Positions 56,139 through 64,000 of a stretch of 64,000 nt of DNA are shown piece by piece. The translations under genes were made by a program, and so were the position numbers. Source of the stretch: an uncultured Solirubrobacterales bacterium (lineage in GTDB: Bacteria; Actinomycetota; Thermoleophilia; Solirubrobacterales; 70-9); NCBI GenBank assembly GCA_963846515.1, contig CAWJWC010000004.1:14587-78586 (forward strand). The letters run 5' to 3'. Within the stretch, counting starts at the first letter, position 1. The number at the start of each line of letters is the position of its first letter. The notes beneath the pieces were generated by a model, which did not search any database, was not told the origin of the DNA, and worked only from the letters and a program-made list of their open reading frames with translations.

Positions 56139-58139
56139 ATGTTCGTTTCCAAGGCCGCCGTCGTCGGCGGTGGCACGATGGGGGGCGAGATCGCGCAGGC
56201 GATCGCCGCCGCCGACATCCCAGTCGTCGTCAAGGACATCGACCAGAAGTTCGTCGACGCCGCGGTGGAGAAGGCGCGCGCGGTCACCGAGGGCCAGCTG
56301 GCGCGCCTAGTCAAGAAGGAGAAGCTGACCCAGGAGCAGGCCGACGTCCGCCTCGCCGAGGTCATGGGCAGGGTCATCGGCACCACCAGCTACGAGGAGT
56401 TCGGCGACGTCGACTTCGCGATCGAGGCTGTGCCGGAGAAGATGGAGATCAAGCGGGCGGTCTTCCGCGAGCTCGACGCCGCCACCCCGGGCCACGCGAT
56501 CCTCGCCTCCAACACCTCTTCGCTCTCGATCACCGAGATCGGCGAAGCGACGCTGCGCGCCGACAAGGTCGTCGGCTTCCACTTCTTCTACCCGGCTTCG
56601 ATCATGCCCCTGGTCGAGGTGATCGTCGGCGAGGACACCTCGCGCGAGACCGCCACCGCCGCCTTCAACTTCGCCCAGGCGATCAAGAAGCAGCCAATCG
56701 TCTGCGGCGAGGTGCCCGGCTTCGTCGTCAACAAAATCCTGATGGCGACGATCGGCGAGATCTGGCGTGCACAGGAGGAGCACGGGCTCTCGCTGAAGGC
56801 GATCGACGAGGCGATCGCGGCGGCCCAGGTCGCCCCGATGGGCCCCTTCTTCCTCACCGACCTGCTCGGGCTCGACACCGTTTTGCACGTCGCCGAACAC
56901 CTCAACGAGTCCTACGGCGAGACCTTCTACGTCCACAAGGGGCTGCAGGGGCTGGTCGGGGAAGGCAAGCTCGGCGCCAAGAGCGGCGGCGAGGGGTTCT
57001 TCAAGAACGGCGAGCAGACGATTCCAGGCGACGCCGCCCCCGACGCCGAGGAACTGGTCGCGATGTTCACCGGCCGCGCCCTGGTCGAGTCCTGCCTGCT
57101 GGTCGAGGAGGGCATCTGCTCGGTTCGCGACATCGACCTCGGGATGATGGCCGGGGCGGGGCTCGACCCGCGCAAAGGCCTGCTGCCGCCGTTCTGGAAA
57201 GCCGACGTGGAAGGGCTCGGCAAGGTGCTGGAGCAGCTCGAGCGGCTGCAGGAGAAGCACGGCGACCGTTTCGCGCCGCCGGTCACCCTGAAGCGCCTCG
57301 TCGCCCAGGGGCGTCTTGGCATGGCTTCGGGCCAGGGCTTCTACCCCTACCCGCAGCCGGACGAGGGCGAGCAGGCCGAGACGGTGAAACTGGAGACGCG
57401 CGACGGCGTCGCTGTCGCCTGGCTCGCCAACCTGCCGATGAACGCCGTCTCGCCGGACGTGATCCGCGACCTCGGCACGGTCTGGGAGCGGGTCAAGGCC
57501 GACGAGAGCATCGGCGCGATGGTGATCGCCTCCTCGGTTCCGGTCGTCTTCTCGGCCGGCGCCGACATCAAGGCGTTCACGCAGATGGACGACGCCAGCG
57601 GTGAGGAGCTGATCCACGCAGGCCACGCGCTGCTGCGCGAGCTCGGCACCGCGCGCGTCGCGACGATCGCCGCCGTCAACTCGATCGCCTTTGGTGGTGG
57701 CTGCGAGCTGGCGATGGCCTGCGACGTGCGGATCGGCGCCGAGGCCGCCGTCTTCGGCCAGCCCGAGATCAAGCTCGGGATCATCCCCGGTTTCGGCGGC
57801 ACGCAGCGGCTGGCGCGGCTGATCGGGCCGAGCAAGGCGCTGGAGATGAACCTGACCGGCGACGCGATTCTCTCCGAGGAAGCGCTCGACCTCGGTCTCG
57901 TCAACCGCGTCGTCCCCGACCACGAGCTGTTCGAGACGGCGCTGATGTGGGGTCGTAAGCTGGCCGCCCAGGCCCCGGTCGCGGTCGAGCAGATCAAGGC
58001 CGTATCGCACAAGGGCGATCTCGATGAGGGGATCGCGGCCGAGAAGGAAGGCTTCCGCGACGCCTTCCGCAGCGAGGACGCAAAGGAGGGCATCGCCGCC
58101 TTTCTCGGCAAGCGGACGCCGAGATGGAGCGGCAAGTAG
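56139..58139 (+). CDS. bifunctional 3-hydroxyacyl-CoA dehydrogenase / enoyl-CoA hydratase (dehydrogenase domain first)
   Basis: ATG 9 nt after GGGAGGA. NAD fold AAVVGGGTMGGEIAQ, then the C-terminal crotonase segment FSAGADIKAF...AFGGGCELAMACDVRIG...GQPEIKLGIIPG. Confidence 0.9.
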   Translation: MFVSKAAVVGGGTMGGEIAQAIAAADIPVVVKDIDQKFVDAAVEKARAVTEGQLARLVKKEKLTQEQADVRLAEVMGRVIGTTSYEEFGDVDFAIEAVPEKMEIKRAVFRELDAATPGHAILASNTSSLSITEIGEATLRADKVVGFHFFYPASIMPLVEVIVGEDTSRETATAAFNFAQAIKKQPIVCGEVPGFVVNKILMATIGEIWRAQEEHGLSLKAIDEAIAAAQVAPMGPFFLTDLLGLDTVLHVAEHLNESYGETFYVHKGLQGLVGEGKLGAKSGGEGFFKNGEQTIPGDAAPDAEELVAMFTGRALVESCLLVEEGICSVRDIDLGMMAGAGLDPRKGLLPPFWKADVEGLGKVLEQLERLQEKHGDRFAPPVTLKRLVAQGRLGMASGQGFYPYPQPDEGEQAETVKLETRDGVAVAWLANLPMNAVSPDVIRDLGTVWERVKADESIGAMVIASSVPVVFSAGADIKAFTQMDDASGEELIHAGHALLRELGTARVATIAAVNSIAFGGGCELAMACDVRIGAEAAVFGQPEIKLGIIPGFGGTQRLARLIGPSKALEMNLTGDAILSEEALDLGLVNRVVPDHELFETALMWGRKLAAQAPVAVEQIKAVSHKGDLDEGIAAEKEGFRDAFRSEDAKEGIAAFLGKRTPRWSGK

Positions 58140-58150
58140 GCAAGACAGCC

Positions 58151-58201
58151 AGCCGACGGGCCGAAAACCGCTCTATGTCAGCGGAAATCGGCCCATCGAC
58201 C
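58151..58201. repeat. hairpin element family 2, copy B (51 nt, 46/51 identical to copy A)
   Basis: AGCCGACGGGCCGAAAACCGCTCTATGTCAGCGGAAATCGGCCCATCGACC. All three outer-stem mismatches are C/A type on the + strand, which means G-U on the minus strand. Confidence 0.85.
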
Positions 58202-58939
58202 GAGGTTTTGCGACTCGCGGACCTGGTCCGCGAGTCGCGCTGCACGGTCGCCCTGACCGGGGCGGGGATCTCGGTGCCGTCCGGGATCCCCGACTTCCGT
58301 ACTCCGGAGACGGGGCTGTGGGCGAACGCCGACCCGATGGAGGTCGCCCACATCGACGTCTTCGAGCACGACCCGGCGCGCTTCTGGTCCTACTACCGGC
58401 CGCGCTTCCAGTCACTCGGCGACAAACGGCCGAACCCCGCCCACGAGGCGCTGGCCGAGCTGGAACGACGCGGCCTGGTTGAGGCCGTGATCACCCAGAA
58501 CATCGACCGCCTGCATCGGGCTGCGGGCTCGCGCGACGTGGTCGAGGTGCACGGCTCGATCGAGACCTCGACTTGCCGCGCCTGCGCTACCAGCTTCGAC
58601 CTCGAGCGGGTGGAGGAGCTGTTCGATGCCGACGGCGTGGCGATCTGCTCGGACTGCGGTGGCGCGGTCAAACCAGACGTGGTGTTGTTCGGAGAGCTGC
58701 TGCCCGAGGTCGCAATGGCGCGGGCGCAGGATCTGGCCGAACGCGCCGAACTGATGATCTGCGTCGGCTCCTCGCTTGCCGTCCACCCGGTCGCCGCGCT
58801 GCCCCGGCTCAGCCTCGAACGAGGCGGACGGCTGGTGCTGGTGACGAAGGGGGAGACCCCCTACGACGACGTCGCCGAGCTGAAGCTGGACGGCGAGGTC
58901 GTCGAGGAGCTTGGAGCCCTGCTCGCCGCGCTCGACTGA
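58175..58939 (+). CDS. cobB: NAD-dependent protein deacylase, Sir2 family (CobB-like)
   Basis: The ATG at 58175 lies in the loop of the repeat. LTGAGISVPSGIPDFR, TQNIDRLH, VEVHGS, and Zn-ribbon CRAC...CSDCGG. The track start at 58124 overlaps the previous gene. Confidence 0.88.
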   Translation: MSAEIGPSTEVLRLADLVRESRCTVALTGAGISVPSGIPDFRTPETGLWANADPMEVAHIDVFEHDPARFWSYYRPRFQSLGDKRPNPAHEALAELERRGLVEAVITQNIDRLHRAAGSRDVVEVHGSIETSTCRACATSFDLERVEELFDADGVAICSDCGGAVKPDVVLFGELLPEVAMARAQDLAERAELMICVGSSLAVHPVAALPRLSLERGGRLVLVTKGETPYDDVAELKLDGEVVEELGALLAALD

Positions 58940-58951
58940 GCGCGGGGCTGC

Positions 58952-59419
58952 TCAGAGGTCGGGCCAGCCGATCTCGGGGCGTTTGACGACGAGGATCAGG
59001 GCAGTGACGTCGGGATCCTGGCTGGCGATTCGTTCTGCCGCCGCGGCCCAGGAGATCTGCTCCGGCGGCCGGCCCGAGCGCAGGTCGCGCAACGCCGTCT
59101 CGACCGAGTCCGCCTCGATCACGACAGCGATCCGCGAGGGCGCACTCGCCTCGGCCGCTTCGAGCATCTTCCTGGTCACGTCGTCGGCCGCGCGCAGCGC
59201 CTGCTGCCAGCCGACGTCGTCGTTGCGGGCCTCAAGGTCGATCTCCGCGCCTTCGAGGATCGTCAGCCGGCTTTCACGCGGGGCCCAGTCCTCGCCGCGG
59301 AACTTGAACGGGAGCCCGGCGACCCAGAAGTCGAGCACCTGCTCGCGCAGTTCCGCTTCGTCGACGTTGAGCAGACGGGCCCGATGGAGTGGTGAGCGGA
59401 TCTCGATGTGGAACGGCAT
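58952..59419 (-). CDS. hypothetical protein (155 aa)
   Basis: Good GC3 bias. I recognise no motif. Convergent with the Sir2 gene. Confidence 0.5.
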   Translation of the reverse strand: MPFHIEIRSPLHRARLLNVDEAELREQVLDFWVAGLPFKFRGEDWAPRESRLTILEGAEIDLEARNDDVGWQQALRAADDVTRKMLEAAEASAPSRIAVVIEADSVETALRDLRSGRPPEQISWAAAAERIASQDPDVTALILVVKRPEIGWPDL

Positions 59420-59453
59420 GCCGCGAACTTAGCCGGTTCGCGATGATGCGGCG

Positions 59454-60110
59454 ATGGAGCCCGCCGCCCCGGTCGCCGTCGTCTTCGACAACGACGGACT
59501 CTTGTTGGACACGGAGTCGGTATGGACCAGGGCGGAGCAGGATCTGTTCGAGCGCCGCGGCACCGAGTTCACTGCGGTCGACAAGCGCGAGCTGGTCGGC
59601 ACCTCGGCCGCGATCGCGGGGGCGGTGCTGGAAAGGCGCCTGGGCGAACCGGGCCGAGCGGAAGAGCTGATCGAGGAGCTGAACGCGCTGGTCGTGGCCG
59701 AGCTCGAGCACGGGGTGGAGGCGATGATTGGCGCCCGCGAGCTGCTGCAGACGCTGCGCCGCCGCGGTACCCCGGTCGGCCTCGTCTCCAACTCCCCGCT
59801 TGCCTTCGTCGTGCGGTCGCTCGAGCTGGTCGGCTTCGACGACCACTTCGACATCGTGCTCAGCGCCCACGAAGTCGCGGCCCCGAAGCCGGCGCCCGAT
59901 CCCTACCTCGAGGCCTGCCGGCGGCTCGGGGTGGAGCCCGGTCCGGAGGTCGTCGCCCTGGAGGATTCCCCGACCGGAGTGGCGGCGGCCCGCGCCGCCG
60001 GCCTCACCGTGATCGGCGTCCCCTCGATAGAGGGCGTCGCCCTGGACGAAGCCCACCACCTGGCTGAGTCGCTGCTGGACGACATAGTTGCGAAACGCTT
60101 GGTGATCTAG
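59454..60110 (+). CDS. HAD-superfamily hydrolase (beta-phosphoglucomutase-like subfamily IA)
   Basis: Motif I VVFDNDGLLLDTE, motif II LVSNS, motif IV ALEDSPTGVAAARAAG. Confidence 0.85.
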   Translation: MEPAAPVAVVFDNDGLLLDTESVWTRAEQDLFERRGTEFTAVDKRELVGTSAAIAGAVLERRLGEPGRAEELIEELNALVVAELEHGVEAMIGARELLQTLRRRGTPVGLVSNSPLAFVVRSLELVGFDDHFDIVLSAHEVAAPKPAPDPYLEACRRLGVEPGPEVVALEDSPTGVAAARAAGLTVIGVPSIEGVALDEAHHLAESLLDDIVAKRLVI

Positions 60111-60169
60111 GGATTGGGGAGCACCCTCCGTCGCAAATCTGGAGGCTCCTCCGGGTCCTCTCCAATCCC
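60110..60169. terminator. GC-rich extended hairpin between convergent genes (possible bidirectional terminator)
   Basis: GGGATTGG(60110-17) pairs with CCAATCCC(60162-69). There are further internal pairings (CCTCC/GGAGG). No clear U-tract. Confidence 0.45.
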
Positions 60170-61050
60170 TATCCCCGGAGCACGCGCCGGCGACGCAGCA
60201 CCCTCTCGCAGAGCTCGAGTAATTCCCTGACCTGGGTGGCCTGGTCGACATCGAGCTCGTTCTCGAGGGCTGTGTTCGCTGCCTCTCCAGCCTCGAAGCG
60301 ACGATTGCTGAGCGCCCCCATGTCCTCCTCGTGCCCGGGGTCGGCGAGTGCCCCCTTTAGCTCGATCAGCAGCGCCTCGAGCCCGACCCGCAGCTGCAGC
60401 GCCGCCTCGCGCTCGCGGCCGCCGTCGAGGTCGGCGCGGGCGCGCAGCAGCAGCGTCTCGCAGGCGTCGAGCGACTCGCGGCTGCCCAGCACGCCGGCGA
60501 CCCGTTCCTGCGGGCGCAGGTCTTCCTCGCGCCTCCGCCGGCGCGAGGCGCCGCTGGACCAGACGTCGACCTCGCGGGCGTCGCTGAAGGTGCTCTCGGC
60601 GATCTCCTCGCCGCTGCCATAGCCGATTCGCACGGTCACGGCCCGCTCCGGCCGCACCTCGTGGCCGTAGGGGTCGGCGCCGGCGACGGCTTGGGCATGC
60701 AGGGCACGGTTGAGGAGGCGGACACCGTCGGCGACCAGGGTGTCGACGGTGTCCTCGGCCTCGGTCGCCTCGTCGAGCCAGCGCGTGGCGTCATCCTCGC
60801 TCGCGAGCGGGACGGAGGCGCGCACCACGGTCACGCGAGTGAGCGGCAAGGGGGAGGGGCTGGCCTCCGGCTCAGCCCTGCGCGGGCGCCGTCGGCGCCG
60901 CATCGGAGGCGACGGCGCCCCCAGCGTGCGTACCACCAGCACGCTCTCCCCCTCGACCTCGTCCCGCATCAGGTAGCGGCCGTCGGCCAGCGGCAGGGTG
61001 CCGGCGAAGTCCAACTGCGCAAATCCGAAAAGCTTGCTCAAGCGGGCCAT
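60169..61050 (-). CDS. hypothetical protein (293 aa), Arg-rich linkers, helical C-terminal half
   Basis: Long high-GC3 ORF with its ATG at 61050. I recognise no motif. Confidence 0.6.
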   Translation of the reverse strand: MARLSKLFGFAQLDFAGTLPLADGRYLMRDEVEGESVLVVRTLGAPSPPMRRRRRPRRAEPEASPSPLPLTRVTVVRASVPLASEDDATRWLDEATEAEDTVDTLVADGVRLLNRALHAQAVAGADPYGHEVRPERAVTVRIGYGSGEEIAESTFSDAREVDVWSSGASRRRRREEDLRPQERVAGVLGSRESLDACETLLLRARADLDGGREREAALQLRVGLEALLIELKGALADPGHEEDMGALSNRRFEAGEAANTALENELDVDQATQVRELLELCERVLRRRRVLRG

Positions 61051-61078
61051 TCTCTACCTCCGCTCGGATCGGTGCGGG

Positions 61079-61227
61079 GAGGGGAGTCGGGGGTGCCCGT
61101 GGGTGAATTTGTCGCCCGCCCTGCGGGCGAGGCTCCCGATGTTGCTGCGCGCCTATGGCGCGCAAATACCGGATTGCATTTCCGCCGCTTCGCGACATTC
61201 CCCCACAGGCACCCCCGACTCCCCCCA
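61079..61227 (-). repeat. structured element family 3, copy E1 (about 149 nt; candidate ncRNA / cis-element, minus orientation)
   Basis: Outer arms GGGGAGTCGGGGGTGCCCGTGGGTGAAT and ATTCCCCCACAGGCACCCCCGACTCCCC. The internal core is homologous to the reverse complement of E2. It lies 28 nt upstream of the start of 60169..61050. Confidence 0.7.
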
Positions 61228-61352
61228 ACGACACGGACACCAGCAGCGCTGAAGGGACGGCAGCTGCTCCGAGAGATCGGCTGGTTCGAGCGCCTGGTCG
61301 TCGGAGCTTGCCTTGTGGCATAGCTGAGTGAGTCATGCGAAGCGTTTCGTGG

Positions 61353-61499
61353 GGAGGGGTCTGGTCGTCCTCCGAGCGAATGTCCGCGAAGCGCGCGATA
61401 TGCATTTTGATATTTGCCCGCCATAGGCGGGCTCTCTCTGGGGGAGCTATCCCCTTTAGGGGATGCGACAAATTCATCGGAGGATGACCAGACCCCTCC
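61353..61499 (+). repeat. structured element family 3, copy E2 (about 147 nt; plus orientation)
   Basis: Outer arms GGAGGGGTCTGGTCGTCCTCCGA and TCGGAGGATGACCAGACCCCTCC give 23 bp with one G-T pair. The core GAATGTCCGCGAAGCG...TATTTGCCCGCCATAGGCGGGC...GCGACAAATTC is shared with E1. Confidence 0.7.
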
Positions 61500-61515
61500 T
61501 CGCAAAGACTCGAAC

Positions 61516-63831
61516 TTATTCGCTGCTGGTGCCGCCGCTGGACTTCTGCTTGTCCGGCAGCGAGAACTCGGACGGCTCGATCGGGACCTCGGGATTTTCG
61601 ATCTGGCCGAGGCGGTCGATCAGGCGCTGCCACTGGTCCGGTTTAAGCAGCGCCGAATACTGGGCCTCGAACCTGCCCTCGACCGGGTTGTATCCGACAT
61701 GGACGTGGTCGTGGTGGTCGGCCATCGCGATGCTGGTCGGGCCCGGCAGGTCCTCGAGCGAGATCACCTGGTGCGGGTGCATCGTGCCCTGCAGCAGCAG
61801 CAGCTCGCGGATCAGGTTGCCGGCCAGCGTGCCGGGGCCCTGGTTGCCAATCACCGGCACGCCGTTGATCGCGGCGATGTCGACCGCGTCGCCGGTGCTG
61901 TGCTCGGAGACGTTGCCGGAGGCGGTGAGATAGCCATGGCCGCAGGTGAGCGAGGTGATCGTCAGCTCGAACCCTTTGGTCCGCAGGTACTCGAGCATCG
62001 CGAGGATGCGGCGGTCGGTGAAGCCGCTGGCGATGTCTTCGCGACCGCACTGGTAGATCGAGAGGCCCTCGTCGGCCAGCACCCGCTTCTGCAGCGCCTC
62101 CTTGGAGAGCAGCAGCACGCCGGCCCCGCTGAGTCGGTCGGTGAAGGGGTTCTCGCCCTTTGCGCGGTAGATCGCGGTCGCCTCGAGCAGCTTCCAGCCG
62201 TCGAGGATCGGCTTCGGGTCGATCCGCGGCGCGCCGCGCCCGGCCGGGCGGATCGAGAAGTTGACGTGGGGGTCGACGCCCTCGGCACTGACGCCGATCC
62301 GGGCCAGCACGGTGCCGGCGATCACTTTTGAGCCGACCCGCAGGGCGCCGTTGGTGGCGGCGAGCTCGGCGCTGTCCGTGGCGAGCGCTTCGTCGCTCTG
62401 CTCGCTGTCGGTGGCGCGCTCGGGCAGCGCCCGCAGCCGCGGCCGCAGGTTCTCGCTTTCGACCGGGAGCCGCTGCTCTTTGCCAGTCGGCATCACCACC
62501 AGGCGCTCGCTGCGGACGATCTCGCCCAGCTCGGCGTAGGTGTAGCGGTTGCCGTAGGTGTCTTCGAGGACGACGAACTTACCCAGCTGCGGCGAGCTGC
62601 CGAGCTTGCGGATCGTGCCGTCGTTGACGGCGACGACCGGCGCGCCCTGGCGGGAGAAGATATTGATGCCGCGCCGGGTCGGCGAGGAGGAAATGACTTC
62701 TGCCGCGTTGCCGTAGGACTCGCGCTTGGCGCTGGAGCTGGCCAGCGCCGCCCGGGCCGAGATGTCGTCGGCGTAGCGGGCGTCGGCGGCGACCGGGAAG
62801 TGGGCGCCCTCGGTCAGGCCGGTCAGCGAGCCGACCAGGTCGGAGGGCAGTTTCCCGTAGGCGCGCGCGTAGAGCAGCACCTCCTGCACGTACCAGTCGG
62901 CGTGGTTGTAGGCGAAGATTGCGTCGTAGAGGTCCTTCTTGCCGCCGGCGATCTCGAGGTAGTTCGCGGCGGCGCAGATAGCGTCGACCGGGTTGTAGGG
63001 GTCCTTGCGACCGTCGCCGTTGGCGTCGACGCCGAAGGCCTCCCAGCTCGAGGGCAGGAACTGCATCCAGCCGACCGCGCCGGCGCTGGAGACGTTGAGG
63101 TTGGTCCCGAAGGCGGTCTCGATTTTGTTGATCGAGGCGAGCACCTCCCAGGGGATCCCGTATTCGGTGCCGCAGGCCTGGTAGATCGGCAAGAGGAAGG
63201 GAGGAATCTCGAAGGAGTCGATGACGAAGTTGGGGACGCCGATCGGGGCCGGACCGAAGGGGGCGATCGTCGTCGTCGCGTTGGCCGTGGTCGGGGTGCC
63301 GCCGGTGGCGAACTGAGAGCCCCCGTCGCCCCCCTCGGCCAGCGGCTGATCGCCGTTGCCGGTTGCGCTGGGGGCGTCGACCCCGCCGTCGTTGCCGCTG
63401 CCGCCACTGCTGTCTCCAAGGCTCGAGTTGTGGTTGACCCCTCCGTCGAAGATCTTGGCTTCGTTGTCGCCGCCGCCGATCGAGGCGCCCCGCTCGGTCG
63501 CCGGGGCGCCGCCGGGGCTGGTCGGAGCGGCGGCCGGCGGCGTGACCGGTGCGGCCGGCGTCGCGGGAGCCGTCGGGACCGCCGATTCGGGCGCCTCGTT
63601 GACGTCCTCGGGGGCGGCGCAGTCGGGATCGGCGATGTCGATCAGGCCGTCGCCGTCATCATCGAGCGCGTTGGCGCAGGCCGGCGCCTGCAGCGAGGGG
63701 ACTTCGGTCGTGGTGGTCGCCCCCACCGAGGCGCTTGGGCTGAGCGAGTCGGCGCCGGCCATGCCGACGCCAAGCGCGGACAGTGCCAGGAAGCTGGCGA
63801 GTACGACGATCAGTGCGATCTTGGCTCTCAT
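61516..63831 (-). CDS. secreted three-domain cell-wall hydrolase: SLT lytic transglycosylase + M23 (LytM) peptidase + LAS/M15-like metallopeptidase
   Basis: ATG at 63831 with a signal peptide. SLT: INKIETAFGTNLNVSSAGAVGWMQFLPSSW. M23: VVAVNDGTI...GNRYTYAELG...HVNFSIRP. C-terminal: SEHSTGDAVDI...DHHDHVHVG (H-x-D ... H-x-H). Confidence 0.85.
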   Translation of the reverse strand: MRAKIALIVVLASFLALSALGVGMAGADSLSPSASVGATTTTEVPSLQAPACANALDDDGDGLIDIADPDCAAPEDVNEAPESAVPTAPATPAAPVTPPAAAPTSPGGAPATERGASIGGGDNEAKIFDGGVNHNSSLGDSSGGSGNDGGVDAPSATGNGDQPLAEGGDGGSQFATGGTPTTANATTTIAPFGPAPIGVPNFVIDSFEIPPFLLPIYQACGTEYGIPWEVLASINKIETAFGTNLNVSSAGAVGWMQFLPSSWEAFGVDANGDGRKDPYNPVDAICAAANYLEIAGGKKDLYDAIFAYNHADWYVQEVLLYARAYGKLPSDLVGSLTGLTEGAHFPVAADARYADDISARAALASSSAKRESYGNAAEVISSSPTRRGINIFSRQGAPVVAVNDGTIRKLGSSPQLGKFVVLEDTYGNRYTYAELGEIVRSERLVVMPTGKEQRLPVESENLRPRLRALPERATDSEQSDEALATDSAELAATNGALRVGSKVIAGTVLARIGVSAEGVDPHVNFSIRPAGRGAPRIDPKPILDGWKLLEATAIYRAKGENPFTDRLSGAGVLLLSKEALQKRVLADEGLSIYQCGREDIASGFTDRRILAMLEYLRTKGFELTITSLTCGHGYLTASGNVSEHSTGDAVDIAAINGVPVIGNQGPGTLAGNLIRELLLLQGTMHPHQVISLEDLPGPTSIAMADHHDHVHVGYNPVEGRFEAQYSALLKPDQWQRLIDRLGQIENPEVPIEPSEFSLPDKQKSSGGTSSE

Positions 63832-64000
63832 CCCAGTGCGCCTCGACACCCGGGGTCTCGGACCACGGAAACTGCGCAAAGCGCAGCTGCGTCCTCCCTC
63901 TGCCGCAGGCGAGCCGAGGCTACTGGGTCCCCCAGAGGGGCGCAACGGTCGTGGGGCTCCCCCAACAAGGCCTTAATCAACATTGACGTTATTCTTGATC

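Noticed and set aside
58175-58939. Sir2-domain protein as part of an anti-phage defence system (Thoeris, DSR or Sir2-HerA type).
   Set aside because: It is a short (254 aa) canonical CobB-type deacylase with the Zn-ribbon and GAGIS/QNID/HG motifs. No partner genes (TIR, HerA, pAgo) are adjacent.
61079-61227. MITE / miniature transposon interpretation of element family 3 because of the long terminal inverted repeats.
   Set aside because: The terminal arms of the two copies are unrelated in sequence while the interior is conserved. I see no target-site duplication and no transposase. This cannot be fully excluded with only two copies.
61270-61300. tRNA-like GGTTCGAG T-loop string between the two family-3 elements.
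   Set aside because: No acceptor, D or anticodon arms can be drawn around it, and the flanking T-stem pairing is absent.

Overview
High-GC (about 70% by eye) actinobacterium-like chromosomal window. Motifs and gene content resemble Thermoleophilia- or Rubrobacteria-type Actinomycetota, but that is inference only. It holds about 65 protein genes on both strands. I found no rRNA, tRNA, CRISPR array, integrase or transposase. Many long ORFs in the track are antisense or frame shadows typical of high-GC DNA, or 5' over-extensions; starts were re-picked from SD motifs and stop/start overlaps. Main blocks: (1) a translationally coupled YrbE-YrbE-Mkl ATPase-MMPL-thioredoxin-fold-B3/4 operon with no MCE gene; (2) a divergent alpha-oxoamine synthase and GNAT-like pair; (3) an AlkA-like glycosylase and a PAS-GAF-GGDEF-EAL protein; (4) a sulfur block with a NitT/TauT-type ABC importer, TauE, Rrf2, STAS, an Stf0-like sulfotransferase and a sulfatase; (5) MoxR-VWA-histidine phosphatase; (6) two CaCA antiporters; (7) housekeeping genes (typA, csp, recD2, rlmN, type III glutamine synthetase, FadB-like enzyme, Sir2 deacylase); (8) a three-domain cell-wall hydrolase. 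The most unusual content is non-coding. Three small families of repeated hairpin elements are each present twice; in two of them helix sequence changes in a compensatory way while other parts stay conserved. There is also a perfect (TCC)16 microsatellite at the junction of an ORF with no stop codon and a poly-Ser membrane protein, and a metallophosphoesterase gene broken at a C4 run. No recognisable defence or mobile system was found. All calls come from reading the sequence and translations only; no searches were run.
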